Shown: positions 1 to 11,318 of the stretch, in pieces
Position numbering within the stretch: position 1 is the stretch's first letter
Layout: each line of letters opens with the position of its first letter
From: Marinobacter sp.
GTDB taxonomy: Bacteria; Pseudomonadota; Gammaproteobacteria; Pseudomonadales; Oleiphilaceae
Assembly: GCF_041690615.1 (NCBI RefSeq)
Contig: NZ_JAWLGY010000004.1
Span: 117,650-181,649, forward strand
Reading direction: 5' to 3'
DNA length: 64,000 nt
Notes under the pieces: model-generated
Told to the model about the DNA's origin: nothing
The model's database searches: none
Seen by the model: the letters and a program-made list of their open reading frames with translations, nothing else
Program-made: the position numbers and the translations under genes

Positions 1-322
1 TGACTGTTTATGTATCAGGCGTCCGGAATGCGTTATCTGCATGGCTCCGGGGGCACCATTTCGACGCGTATTATGCGCACCTCTTCACAGCAGCATCAAC
101 GTGTCGCCATGGTTGATACATAGCAATAAATGACGCGTAATCCACTGTATTATCAGGATTTTCAAGAATACCGAAAGAACATGACAGTGAGGTTATGAGA
201 TCGTCATAACGGCTGCGGGGCCGTCGTGATCCCTGCCCGCAAAAGTCGCCATCTGGAGCAGACAGGGTTTTACAGAACAATTCAGAATGGAGAGGCTATT
301 ACCGGGCAACGAGGGGCACGGA

Positions 323-346
323 CCGGGGCGATCACCGATGCCCCGG
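323..346. terminator. GC-rich hairpin downstream of the copper chaperone gene (possible terminator, no U-tract)
   Basis: CCGGGGC (323-329) pairs with GCCCCGG (340-346), 12 nt past the stop at 359. Confidence 0.35.
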
Positions 347-358
347 CCGGAAACGGGG

Positions 359-859
359 TCAGTGGGCAGAGTGGTCCGTTTTCGACGACATGGCGTCCAT
401 TGCCTGAACCTGCAGGACGATCTCCATGGGCTCCATGCCCTGGAACTGCAGAGTCAGGGGTATTTCTTCCCCCTCCTTGAGGGGACGATTCAGCTGTTCC
501 AGCATCAGGTGAAAGCTGTGGGGCTTGAGCACCACGGTTTCTCCGGCGGGAACGGTAAGTCCGTCGGCGAGAGGCTGCATCTTCATCAGGCCATCGCGCA
601 TGACGGTTTCATGGATGGAAACCTGCTCTGCCGCCGGCGTTTCACCGGCCACCAGGGTAACAGGCTCGCCACCATGGTTGTGAATGGTCATATAGCCAAC
701 ACCAACCGGCGTCCCCGGCGGCGTTGGCCGGGACCACGGATGTTCAATGGCGATATCGCCCTGTCGGTAATCCTCAGCCAGAACCGGCAGGGAGAGGGTC
801 GCCAGCGTAGAAAAAGCCGTCAGGCCGAGTGCAGGAAGAGAGACTTTTCTCAGCGTCAT
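359..859 (-). CDS. Periplasmic copper chaperone PCu(A)C family
   Basis: Signal peptide; HPWSRPT; H-x10-M-x22-HxM Cu motif (HETVMRDGLMKM...HLM); Met/His tail; start refined to MTLRKV. Confidence 0.9.
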   Translation of the reverse strand: MTLRKVSLPALGLTAFSTLATLSLPVLAEDYRQGDIAIEHPWSRPTPPGTPVGVGYMTIHNHGGEPVTLVAGETPAAEQVSIHETVMRDGLMKMQPLADGLTVPAGETVVLKPHSFHLMLEQLNRPLKEGEEIPLTLQFQGMEPMEIVLQVQAMDAMSSKTDHSAH

Positions 860-1000
860 GGGTATCGGTTTCCGGTGGTTGAAAATGCCATAAAGCTGAC
901 AGTCTTTCCGTAACCTCCACCAAATACAACCCCGGTGCATGCGATATATTGCCGCGCCCCTGTTCAGGCCACGCGCACCAGGGCAGTGCGCTGCTCCGGC

Positions 1001-1768
1001 TCAGGAGCGGATATGGCGGTACCTGGCTTCCAGGCAGCTGTAAATACCAAACGCCACCAGGCCAGCAGCAACGATTCCGAGCAACCACTGCCCGTAGGGC
1101 GACCCTGCCAGCCAGTCCAGTGCTTCACCAGTGCCCTGAACCTCACGGGAATCCAGCCGTATCGCCGAATGGATCAGCATGCCCCCCACAATGCACCAGA
1201 CTAGGCCCCGCGCCACCAGGCCAAAGCGACACAGATGCCGGGCCCAGGTTTCATGGTTGGCCGGGAAAGTCATGTAACGCTCGAACCTTGCGGTCCACCC
1301 CTTGAACATATGGGCCACACCAATACCCGCCAACAGCGCACCCGCTGCCACCATCGCCAGCGTGGCAGGGCCTTCGTCGATTTCCGAAAGCGGACCACCG
1401 CTGCCACCGTTTCCAGCGGCCATCATCAGTGTGACGGCCCAGTAAGCAAGAAAGCCATGGGTCACGGCGCTGAGCAGATGTCCGCCCCGAATCACCAGTG
1501 CCTTGGTGTCCCGGCCATGGTGGTCGGCGTCGGTGAGACCCTGGATTGCCCTCCAGAGGGAGAATCCGACAAGGCCAGCGACCATCAACAATAGCAGGAT
1601 CCGCCCGAAGGGCTGCTCCAGAATCTCTACGAGTGCCCCTCGCGCACTGGTTGTCTGCCCTCCGCCCATGCCCGCTGCAGACATCAGGGCCAGCAGGCCA
1701 ACAACCAGGTAGAGAATTCCACGGGATGCGTAGCCTGCCCGGGCGACAATCTGAATGCTGTTTTCCAT
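1001..1768 (-). CDS. DUF1206-type multi-pass membrane protein
   Basis: Repeated ARxGY..RG / RFG..ARG units with TM helices; start refined to MENSIQ. Confidence 0.8.
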   Translation of the reverse strand: MENSIQIVARAGYASRGILYLVVGLLALMSAAGMGGGQTTSARGALVEILEQPFGRILLLLMVAGLVGFSLWRAIQGLTDADHHGRDTKALVIRGGHLLSAVTHGFLAYWAVTLMMAAGNGGSGGPLSEIDEGPATLAMVAAGALLAGIGVAHMFKGWTARFERYMTFPANHETWARHLCRFGLVARGLVWCIVGGMLIHSAIRLDSREVQGTGEALDWLAGSPYGQWLLGIVAAGLVAFGIYSCLEARYRHIRS

Positions 1769-2003
1769 GGTGTTTCTGCTTCCCTGTACTAGCGGTTCCG
1801 AACCAGGCAAGGGAATGACACTCGCCTGCCTATCCTCACTGTAGCGGTTCAGTGTGGCCGCACCCCAGCGCAGAACATGAAATTCCCGTTACACCAGCAG
1901 ATTTGCGGAACCGGTTATGACAAGGGAAAATACCCTGCTTGTTATTATTAGCAGCCAAACAACAGCAGGCAGCCACCAGCTGCCCCCCGAACAGGATTGC
2001 CCC

Positions 2004-3143
2004 ATGTCCAGACAGGTTCCCCAGGTCGACCCCGAAGGGTTGCTGGAATACTCCGTTGTGTTCAATGACCGCTCCCTCAACCACATGTCTGCTGTATTCC
2101 AACAGGTGATGCAGGATATTTCGGGCACACTCAAACGAGCCTATAACGCCGAGGGCGCGGTCGTCGTGCCTGGCGGGGGCAGTTTTGGTATGGAGGCCGT
2201 CGCCCGTCAGTTCGCCCACGACCGCCGGTGCCTGGTCATCCGTAACGGCTGGTTCAGCTATCGCTGGTCCCAGATTTTCGAGATGGGACGAATCCCGTCG
2301 TCCGCATCGGTGCTCAGGGCCAGCCCCGTAACCTCGGATCACCAGGCGGCCTGGTCTCCCGCCCCCGTGGACGAGGTCGTTCGCCAGATTCGGCAGGAAA
2401 AGCCTGAGGTGGTCTTCGCCCCCCACGTGGAAACTGCATCAGGGATGGTTTTGCCGGACGACTACCTGAAGGCGGTGGGCGAGGCGGTATCCAGCGTGGG
2501 CGGCCTGTTTGTACTGGACTGCGTGGCCTCCGGCGCGCTCTGGGTCGACATGAAGGCCTGTGGCGTGGATGTGCTGATTACTGCGCCCCAGAAAGGCTGG
2601 AGCGCATCACCCTGCGCTGCCCTGATCGCCCTGAGCGGCCGGGCACTCGAGAAGCTGGAAGCGACCACCAGCAGCAGTTTTGCCGCGGACCTCAAGAAAT
2701 GGCGCAATATCATGCAGGCCTATGAGGACGGCGGCCACGCTTACCACGCCACCATGCCCACGGATACCCTGGCAATCCTGCGGGACGCCATGGCCGAAAC
2801 TGAGAATACCGGCTTTGGCGCATTGAAAGAGCGACAATGGCAGCTTGGCCAACAGGTGCGGGCACTCTTCGCCGACGCCGGGTTCCGCAGTGTTGCGGCG
2901 GATGGGTTCGAAGCACCGGGGGTGGTGGTGTTACACACCGAGAACCCGGATATCCACAACACCCGCCTGTTCCGGGAGCAGGGTCTGCAAACGGCTGCCG
3001 GCGTGCCCCTGATGTGTGACGAACCGGAAAACTTCCTGACCTTCCGGGTCGGCCTGTTTGGCCTGGAAAAGCTCAACAATATCGATCGAACGGTGAATAA
3101 CCTGCGCCAGGCCCTGGCTGCCATTGGAGAAGAGGCCTGCTGA
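2004..3143 (+). CDS. Class V PLP aminotransferase (alanine-glyoxylate/serine-pyruvate family)
   Basis: HVETASG, VLDCVAS and ITAPQKGWS (PLP lysine) motifs; start refined to MSRQVP. Confidence 0.88.
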   Translation: MSRQVPQVDPEGLLEYSVVFNDRSLNHMSAVFQQVMQDISGTLKRAYNAEGAVVVPGGGSFGMEAVARQFAHDRRCLVIRNGWFSYRWSQIFEMGRIPSSASVLRASPVTSDHQAAWSPAPVDEVVRQIRQEKPEVVFAPHVETASGMVLPDDYLKAVGEAVSSVGGLFVLDCVASGALWVDMKACGVDVLITAPQKGWSASPCAALIALSGRALEKLEATTSSSFAADLKKWRNIMQAYEDGGHAYHATMPTDTLAILRDAMAETENTGFGALKERQWQLGQQVRALFADAGFRSVAADGFEAPGVVVLHTENPDIHNTRLFREQGLQTAAGVPLMCDEPENFLTFRVGLFGLEKLNNIDRTVNNLRQALAAIGEEAC

Positions 3144-3174
3144 ACCTGACCCAGCGCGGGCGGCGCCCGGGGCG

Positions 3175-3555
3175 CTATTTACCGGGCATACGCCCGGTTC
3201 GCTCCAGGCGCCGGGTGACCATGGCGTGGTACGTCCTCGCCAGTACTGGCCGGATCAGGGGCAATCCGATCAGCCACGCCAGGGGTTTGAGCACCGGCGC
3301 CCGGGACATCAACAGGATATAGGCGTCCAGCTCCCGGTGAATGTTACCCCTGCTGTCCTGGACATGCAGTTCCTGCAGCGCGTCATCCGGGTGAATACCC
3401 AGGGATTGCAGCTCCTCGTCCCGGCCGGTGATATCCACCCATTCCACGTTCCCGGCAGCTCGCCCTGCCAACTTCTCGTATTGCCGGCGATCACGGATAC
3501 AACTTGGACATGAGCCATCATAGAAGACCCGGAGTGTTTCTGATGTAGCTGCCAT
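3175..3555 (-). CDS. DCC1-like thiol-disulfide oxidoreductase (DUF393)
   Basis: N-terminal VFYDGSCPSC (DxxCxxC) motif. Confidence 0.85.
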   Translation of the reverse strand: MAATSETLRVFYDGSCPSCIRDRRQYEKLAGRAAGNVEWVDITGRDEELQSLGIHPDDALQELHVQDSRGNIHRELDAYILLMSRAPVLKPLAWLIGLPLIRPVLARTYHAMVTRRLERTGRMPGK

Positions 3556-3569
3556 AACGCCTCCTCTGA

Positions 3570-4145
3570 TTATTGGGGGCCTGTCAGAGCATGTGGGGCA
3601 TCCAGGCCCTGTTTCAATGGAAACCTTGCCAACACCTGGTAACGGGAACCCTCCGGGCTGGTGTTACTCAGGAAAAGGCTCACATGTTGCACTAGCAACT
3701 CCGGGGCGGAACGGCCCCTGTACTGCGCCAGGAAGTCGCGGGCAGACCCTGCCTGATGGCGCCCAAACCTGGCCAGCGTGATATGGGGCCGGAAATGACG
3801 CCCCTCCACCCCGAAACCCTGCTCGACCAGGCGAAGGGATACCCATTCATGCAACCCGATAACCGGCGCTTCCGGCTCCACGCCCACCCACAGGTTCCGG
3901 GGCCGGTCCGGATCTCCGAAACACCCCACCCCGGTCGGAGTGATACAAAAGTCTTCTGGTTCAGGGCCCTCCATCGCCCGGAACAGCGCCGGGACCTGTT
4001 CCGGCTGAACCTGCCCCAGAAAGCACAGGGTCAGGTGCATCTGATCCTGCCTTTGCCAGCGTGCTCCCTCGACATCTGCACGCCAGCCCAGCAGGACTTC
4101 GCTCGTTTGCTGCGGCAACTCGAGCCCGACGAAGAGTCGTGGCAT
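3570..4145 (-). CDS. thpR: RNA 2',3'-cyclic phosphodiesterase (2H family)
   Basis: MPRLFVGL start; two HxT motifs (HLTL, HITL). Confidence 0.9.
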   Translation of the reverse strand: MPRLFVGLELPQQTSEVLLGWRADVEGARWQRQDQMHLTLCFLGQVQPEQVPALFRAMEGPEPEDFCITPTGVGCFGDPDRPRNLWVGVEPEAPVIGLHEWVSLRLVEQGFGVEGRHFRPHITLARFGRHQAGSARDFLAQYRGRSAPELLVQHVSLFLSNTSPEGSRYQVLARFPLKQGLDAPHALTGPQ

Positions 4146-4178
4146 GCCTCACTCCTGTTCGGGGTTGGCCCGTGGGTA

Positions 4179-4571
4179 TCAGCGATGCCGGCGCCGGGGT
4201 GGAAAGCGCCACCAACTGGCGGCGACCAGCAAGCCAAACCCGGTGTATAACGCGATAAACACCCAGGCCGGGGCATCGTAATAGAGCACCTGCTGCAGCC
4301 AGTACTCAATAAAACTGCCTTCAAAGCCAGACTGTCCGGCCTGGCGGCGTAACCAGACCTCGAGGGTGGTGAGCGGGCAGATGACGCCCAGCCAAGCCTG
4401 GGCGACCACCACGGCAATCGCTGCCACGTGCGCCAGCCGGAACCATAGGTGATTCACCCAGGGCCAGCCACGCCGGTTGCCGACCAGCACAAGGACCAGC
4501 CCCAGCACAACGAAAAGCACCACACCCACATGCACCGTTAGCACGGCAACCGCCAGCCACTGCCAGATCAT
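4179..4571 (-). CDS. DUF2784-type membrane protein
   Basis: H...F TM segments, CPLTTLE.WLR motif; ATGA overlap with the upstream stop at 4568-4571. Confidence 0.8.
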   Translation of the reverse strand: MIWQWLAVAVLTVHVGVVLFVVLGLVLVLVGNRRGWPWVNHLWFRLAHVAAIAVVVAQAWLGVICPLTTLEVWLRRQAGQSGFEGSFIEYWLQQVLYYDAPAWVFIALYTGFGLLVAASWWRFPPRRRHR

Positions 4572-5542
4572 CCGCGAACCTCGCACTGACTGACCTGATC
4601 GAGGTCGAGATTGCCGCCGGTAATAACCAGAAGGTCACCGCCCGGCGACCCCGGCTCAACGGCACTCTCAAGTAAGGCAGCGAGGCCGACAGCGGCGCCC
4701 GGCTCCACAAACAGCCGGGCCTCGGTCAGCAACATCCGGGTGGCTTCCCGGATGGCGGCCTCGCTGACAGTCACCATCCGGTCTACCACCTGCCGGGATG
4801 CCCGCCAGGTATGCTCGCCAACCACAGCTGGCGCCAAGCTCGCCGCCCATGTGGAGACGTTATCCAGGCTGGCAGCAGGATCATTGCATTGCCACGCATG
4901 CCCCATGGTGGCGGCCCCCGCCGGTTCCACCCCGACAAGGTCCACGTCCGGCCGACAGGCCTTCACGGCCAGCCCCAGACCGGAAATCAGGCCGCCACCA
5001 CCCACCGGACAGAGAATGCGCCGCATATCCGGGCACTGATCCAGCAGTTCAAGTCCCAAGGTGCCCTGGCCGGCCATCACTCGCAGGTCGTTGTAGGGGT
5101 GAACGAGAGTCAGCCCGCGGCTTGCCACAAGCTGATGACAAAGCTCCACCGCCTGCTGGATGCAGCCATGGACAATCACCTTGGCACCCAGGGCCCGGGT
5201 CCGGCGAATCTTCAGTTCGCTGGAACCCTCCGGCATGACCACGGTCAACGGTGTTGAGGTCCGGGCAGCCGCCCAGGCCAGGGCGATGGCGTGGTTTCCC
5301 GCTGAGACGGTCACCAGCCCACCGGCGAGCTCCCGCTCCGATGCGGTCAACATCCAGTTGAGGGCACCCCTGGGCTTGAAACTTCCGGTGCGTTGCAGGT
5401 TCTCGCACTTCAGGCTAACAGTGTGCCCTGCTGCCTCGTCCAGATCTTCGGACTGCCAGACCGGCGTCCGGGTCACTTTGCCCTGCAGTCGCTCAGCGGC
5501 CTGGCGAATGGTATGGAGGTCCGGGAGTTCTGACGCTTCCAT
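4568..5542 (-). CDS. Threonine/serine dehydratase family PLP enzyme (no regulatory domain)
   Basis: LKCENLQRTGSFKPRGA, SAGNHA and PVGGGGLISG motifs; GAGGTG RBS before ATG 5542. Confidence 0.88.
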   Translation of the reverse strand: MEASELPDLHTIRQAAERLQGKVTRTPVWQSEDLDEAAGHTVSLKCENLQRTGSFKPRGALNWMLTASERELAGGLVTVSAGNHAIALAWAAARTSTPLTVVMPEGSSELKIRRTRALGAKVIVHGCIQQAVELCHQLVASRGLTLVHPYNDLRVMAGQGTLGLELLDQCPDMRRILCPVGGGGLISGLGLAVKACRPDVDLVGVEPAGAATMGHAWQCNDPAASLDNVSTWAASLAPAVVGEHTWRASRQVVDRMVTVSEAAIREATRMLLTEARLFVEPGAAVGLAALLESAVEPGSPGGDLLVITGGNLDLDQVSQCEVRG

Positions 5543-5556
5543 ATGCACCTCTGGTT

Positions 5557-6216
5557 CTACTTCCTGAAAAACCTCGGATTACGTTCGACAAAATCCCCGA
5601 TCCAGCGTTCCAGGAACGAGGCCTTTTCAGGGTTCCGGAGATAACGCCAGCCCAGAAGGGAAATGACCAGTGCACCCAGCGCATCCACCACCAGGTCCCA
5701 CATGGTATCCGTCAGGCCGGAAGGATCCCCCAGCATCGGCTTTTGCATGTTCGTGCCGAACAGCGAATCCATGGTGAACTCGAAAATTTCCCACAGGGCG
5801 CCAATACCCAGGGCAAAGAGGAACGCAAAGAGCGCCACAAAGCCGGGCTTCATGTGCACCTCGATCCGTTCCAGCTCGTTCATGATATGAACCAGCAGGA
5901 ATCCCAGGATGCCCAGCAACACACCGGAACTGGTGTGCAGGGCAATATCCCACCACCAGAACCGGGTGTAATAGTCTCTGACCTCTCCAAGAAACAGCGA
6001 GGCGAATACGAAGCCGATGGCCAGTAACTGCAATTCCGGGGGAATATGTATACGAAACCGTCTTTCCAGCAGCACCGGCAGGAAGGTCACCACAATAATC
6101 AGGGCGGTGAAGAAACCGGTAAACCAGCGCCCTGCCCAGAGTGCGACCACCACCTCCAGAAGAAGGACAAACTGCAGGAAAAACGTGATTCTCTGATGGG
6201 TTATGCGAATACGCAC
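5557..6216 (-). CDS. Integral membrane protein (DUF2238/YjdF-like)
   Basis: Multiple TM helices; WWWDxxxH, WEIFEF and DTMWDL motifs. Confidence 0.7.
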   Translation of the reverse strand: MRIRITHQRITFFLQFVLLLEVVVALWAGRWFTGFFTALIIVVTFLPVLLERRFRIHIPPELQLLAIGFVFASLFLGEVRDYYTRFWWWDIALHTSSGVLLGILGFLLVHIMNELERIEVHMKPGFVALFAFLFALGIGALWEIFEFTMDSLFGTNMQKPMLGDPSGLTDTMWDLVVDALGALVISLLGWRYLRNPEKASFLERWIGDFVERNPRFFRK

Positions 6217-6219
6217 TGC

Positions 6220-6417
6220 CTAGCGAAGCTCCGGTTCTGTCAGATCATAGGGTTCATGGAGGGGTGGACGCCGTTCCCGGCACTCCATGCGTTCGTACAG
6301 AGGCAGGCTATCACATTCGCGGGCATCACCCGGGTAACGGCCATCCACGGGCATCCCGGTGCCGCAACCACTCACCCCCAGTAACCATAGAGCCACCAAG
6401 CCGGGCCGGGCCATCAC
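6220..6417 (-). CDS. Small putative lipoprotein
   Basis: Hydrophobic N-terminus ending in lipobox VSGC; GTGA overlap with the upstream gene; 3-bp gap to the downstream gene. Confidence 0.6.
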   Translation of the reverse strand: MMARPGLVALWLLGVSGCGTGMPVDGRYPGDARECDSLPLYERMECRERRPPLHEPYDLTEPELR

Positions 6418-6737
6418 AGGGTCAGTACGAACCCAACCGCGACCGCCAGCAGGAGCAGCAGAAACCAGCGGGCATAGAATTCACCAGCGTCGTTCAGCGG
6501 CGGAATCCGCCGACCATCCTCCAGGGAGGCACCTTCGTACTCCGCGATGAGGCGCCGGGCCTCCAGGTAATCGTCGTCATCCACCTGCACATTGGTAAAG
6601 CCGGCGGCACCGATTTCTCCAAGGCCGCCCTGGAGGTAGTGGCCGCCAACATGGGCACTGATACCGTGGGCCCCCAGCAGACCGGCGATGATATGAGCCT
6701 CGGTGAGGTCTCGTGCATTGTAGGCTATCTGCATCAT
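6414..6737 (-). CDS. DUF2007 (PII-like signal transducing) protein with C-terminal TM
   Basis: EAHIIAGLLGAHGI and VQVDDDDYLEARRLI pattern; C-terminal hydrophobic helix. Confidence 0.8.
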   Translation of the reverse strand: MMQIAYNARDLTEAHIIAGLLGAHGISAHVGGHYLQGGLGEIGAAGFTNVQVDDDDYLEARRLIAEYEGASLEDGRRIPPLNDAGEFYARWFLLLLLAVAVGFVLTL

Positions 6738-6943
6738 CCGTCTCCCCTGGTGGGTGCGGGAAAGCCCGGAGCGAAAAACCGGCTCCGGGTATCTTTCAGT
6801 GTAGTCACTCCCGTGAGTGCCTGCCGTTGTATTTACGGATTCATCATCCGGAGGGATCTTCTTTTACCCGGTTCGCGAATCCTTGCCATAGGGAACTATA
6901 CTGCGGGACAACTTCCTCCATACGATTCAAAGGACCTCCTGCC

Positions 6944-7513
6944 ATGGGAATACTCGTACTCGGACTGATTGTTTTTCTCGGCATCCACTCCCTGTCTATC
7001 GTGAATGAGCCCCTGCGTAACCGGATGGTGCAGTCGATGGGTGAAGGGGCGTTCAAGGGTATCTATTCCCTGATCGCCGTTGCTGGCCTGGTACTGATCG
7101 TTTGGGGATACGGCGCTGCACGACTGGAACCGGTGATGCTTTACAACCCGCCTGCCTGGCTTCGGCACCTGGCAATGCTGTTGCTGGTACCGGTCTTTCC
7201 ATTGCTGTTCGCTGCCTATTTTCCGGGCCGGATCAGCCGCACCCTGAAGCATCCCATGCTGGTCGCGGTAAAGCTCTGGGCAGTCGCTCACCTGCTGGCC
7301 AATGGCATGGTCCACGACGTTCTCCTGTTCGGCGCCTTCCTGGCCTGGGCAGTGGTCGACCGGATCTCCCTCAAGCGTCGCGCTCCACGGGACATCCCCA
7401 CCCTGCCGGCAAAGCCCTTCAATGACCTGATTGCCGTGGTGGGTGGCCTGGCGGTGTATGTGGTATTCGTTCTCTGGGCGCACCAGTGGTTGTTCGGTGT
7501 TGCCCCGGTGTAG
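6944..7513 (+). CDS. nnrU: NnrU family membrane protein
   Basis: LxLGLIVFLGIHS, KHPMLVAVKLWAVAHLLANG motifs. Confidence 0.85.
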   Translation: MGILVLGLIVFLGIHSLSIVNEPLRNRMVQSMGEGAFKGIYSLIAVAGLVLIVWGYGAARLEPVMLYNPPAWLRHLAMLLLVPVFPLLFAAYFPGRISRTLKHPMLVAVKLWAVAHLLANGMVHDVLLFGAFLAWAVVDRISLKRRAPRDIPTLPAKPFNDLIAVVGGLAVYVVFVLWAHQWLFGVAPV

Positions 7514-7652
7514 CCGGCACACGACGGGCTGCCAGTCACCTGCGACTTTCTGTCACGTGCCCGCCAGCGGCAAAAGATGACGACGAAGGGATTCCGGGCT
7601 TAACTGTAGTCACAGGCACCAATAAAAAGTGTCAGACGGCAGGAGTAATACC

Positions 7653-9227
7653 ATGAAAATCGGAATCCCCCGGGAGGTGTATCCCGACGAACGGCGGGTG
7701 GCGGCAACGCCGCCATCAGTACAAAAACTCATCAAACTCGGATACGAGGTGGTCATAGAGGCTGGCGCCGGTGAGGCAGCGGACTACAGTGACGAGAGCT
7801 ACCAGGACGCCGGCGCAGCGATTGCGGTGGACACCCTGTCCCTGTGGCGGGAATCAGACTTCATTCTCAAGGTCCGGGCGCCCACCGACCACCCCGGCAC
7901 CCACAAACACGAACTGGACATGATGCGCGAGGGTGCACACCTGGCCGGCTATATCTGGCCAGCCCAGAATCCCCAGCTACTGGAAAAACTGGCCGAAAAA
8001 CAGGTCAACGCCTTCGCCATCGATGCCCTGCCCCGGATCAGCCGCGCCCAGAAGATGGACGCCCTCAGTGCCATGGCCAATATTGCCGGCTACCGCGCGG
8101 TGATCGAGGCTGCCAATCAGTTCGGTCGTTTTTTTACTGGCCAGGTCACCGCCGCAGGCAAGGTGCCACCGGCGAAGGTCATGGTGATCGGCGCCGGCGT
8201 GGCGGGCCTGGCGGCCATCGGCACGGCAAACAGCATGGGGGCGGTGGTACGGGCCTTCGACACACGGCTGGAAGTGAAGGAACAGGTGGAGAGCATGGGT
8301 GCCGAGTTCCTGGAACTGGACTTCGGCGATGAAGAAGGCAGCGGCACCGGCGGCTACGCCAAGCAGATGAGTGATGAGTTCATAAAGGCGGAAATGGCCC
8401 TGTTCGCAGAACAGGCCAGGGAGGTGGATATCATCATTACTACCGCCCTGATTCCCGGCAAACCAGCGCCGAAGCTGATTACAGCCGAAATGGTGAAGTC
8501 CATGAAACCCGGCAGTGTGATTGTGGACCTCGCCTCCGAACGGGGCGGTAACTGTGAGCTGACCGAACCCGGCAAGGTGGTGGAAAAGCACGGCGTACGC
8601 CTGATCGGTTACACCGACCTGCCCAGCCGCATGGCCAAGGTGGCCAGCGACCTCTACGCCACCAACCTGGTTCACCTGATGACCGAGCTGACTCCGGAAA
8701 AGGATGGGCAGCCCCTGGTCAATATGGAGGACGCGGTGATTCGCGGAGTGACCGTGGTCCATCAGGGAGACGTCACCTGGCCACCGCCCCAGCCGGAAGC
8801 GCCCACCAGCACGGCACCGCCTCCCGGAACGGAAGAGCCCTCGCCAGCCTCGGCCACCACAAGAGGCCCTTCACCAGCGAAACGACTCACTGGAAAAGTG
8901 GTACTGCTGGCAGTAACAGCCCTGGCGCTATATGGCGTGGGGGCCTATGCCCCGGAAAGCTTCCTGCGGCATTTCACCGTGTTTGTGCTGGCCTGCTTTA
9001 TTGGCTGGCAGGTGATCTGGAACGTTACCCCGTCACTGCACACTCCCCTGATGAGCGTCACCAACGCCATCAGCGGCATCATTGTGATCGGTGCCCTGCT
9101 GCACCTGGCCCAGGCCGAGCATGCGGCTGTGGGCATTCTGTCCTTTGTGGCGGTGCTGATCGCCATGATTAATGTGTCCGGTGGGTTCCGGGTGACCCAC
9201 CGCATGCTCAAGATGTTCCATCGATAG
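7653..9227 (+). CDS. pntA: NAD(P) transhydrogenase alpha subunit
   Basis: [23 protein letters not shown] and [13 protein letters not shown] motifs; AGGAG RBS. Confidence 0.97.
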   Translation: MKIGIPREVYPDERRVAATPPSVQKLIKLGYEVVIEAGAGEAADYSDESYQDAGAAIAVDTLSLWRESDFILKVRAPTDHPGTHKHELDMMREGAHLAGYIWPAQNPQLLEKLAEKQVNAFAIDALPRISRAQKMDALSAMANIAGYRAVIEAANQFGRFFTGQVTAAGKVPPAKVMVIGAGVAGLAAIGTANSMGAVVRAFDTRLEVKEQVESMGAEFLELDFGDEEGSGTGGYAKQMSDEFIKAEMALFAEQAREVDIIITTALIPGKPAPKLITAEMVKSMKPGSVIVDLASERGGNCELTEPGKVVEKHGVRLIGYTDLPSRMAKVASDLYATNLVHLMTELTPEKDGQPLVNMEDAVIRGVTVVHQGDVTWPPPQPEAPTSTAPPPGTEEPSPASATTRGPSPAKRLTGKVVLLAVTALALYGVGAYAPESFLRHFTVFVLACFIGWQVIWNVTPSLHTPLMSVTNAISGIIVIGALLHLAQAEHAAVGILSFVAVLIAMINVSGGFRVTHRMLKMFHR

Positions 9228-9239
9228 GAGACGCAAATC

Positions 9240-10631
<1,392 letters not shown>

Positions 10632-10648
10632 GACCAGAACCTGACGAG

Positions 10649-10675
10649 CCGCCCCGGCATTCCCCGTCGGGGCGG
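10649..10675. terminator. GC-rich hairpin after pntB
   Basis: CCGCCCCG / CGGGGCGG stem; no U-tract. Confidence 0.4.
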
Positions 10676-10784
10676 GTCCAGGTCACCTGAGTGTAAAGAC
10701 TCCGCAAAACCGGCAATACGCGCCTGACAGCAGCAGCCAGTGCAGGTACAGTTTCAGGGACAGCTAGTGAGCAGGACTGCAGCC

Positions 10785-11318
10785 ATGCCCAAGCCCCACC
10801 AGATCCCGGTCAGACCAACCCCCTGCGTGACCCGGAACATCCTTTTACTGGTACTGGCGCTAGTGCTGACCGGCTGTGCCTCCTCGCCGCAGGTGGCAGA
10901 TCGCCAACAGTCCCCTGTCCCGGTCTACGGCGCACCGGTGGAAAGCGATAATGAACGGGTCAGCAAGCTTCAGGACGTGCTCGACCGATACGAGGGTACC
11001 CCCTATCGCTACGGTGGAACCACGCCCCGGGGGTTCGACTGCTCCGGTTTTATCGGCCAGGCCTACCAGGAAGCGTTCGGCATGGAGGTGCCCCGAACCA
11101 CTTCCGCCATGCTCTCCCACGGTACACCTGTATCGCCGCAGGAGCTGGAACCCGGAGATGTGGTGTTCTTCAACATACGCGGCAAGGAACAGCACGCGGG
11201 TATCTTCATCGGTGGCGATGACTTCATCCATGCGTCCACCTCGGTAGGCGTCACCCGGTCCTCCCTTAATGGCTATTACTGGCGGGACCGCTTCACCCAG
11301 GCCCGGCGGTTCGACTGA
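10785..11318 (+). CDS. NlpC/P60 family lipoprotein (cell-wall endopeptidase)
   Basis: Lipobox LTGC; PYRYGG, GFDCSGF, HAGIFIG and FIHAS catalytic motifs; start uncertain (10740/10785/10827). Confidence 0.9.
   Translation: MPKPHQIPVRPTPCVTRNILLLVLALVLTGCASSPQVADRQQSPVPVYGAPVESDNERVSKLQDVLDRYEGTPYRYGGTTPRGFDCSGFIGQAYQEAFGMEVPRTTSAMLSHGTPVSPQELEPGDVVFFNIRGKEQHAGIFIGGDDFIHASTSVGVTRSSLNGYYWRDRFTQARRFD

Noticed and set aside
1-280. ORF 71-280 (-) and a possible minus-strand start at 42 running off the edge
   Set aside because: No recognisable motifs; the edge ORF is too short to judge and its RBS spacing is poor.
1769-2003. Possible glycine riboswitch upstream of the aminotransferase; TAGCGGTTC repeated at 1790 and 1842
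   Set aside because: Conserved glycine-aptamer segments were not found; the repeat spacing is uninformative.
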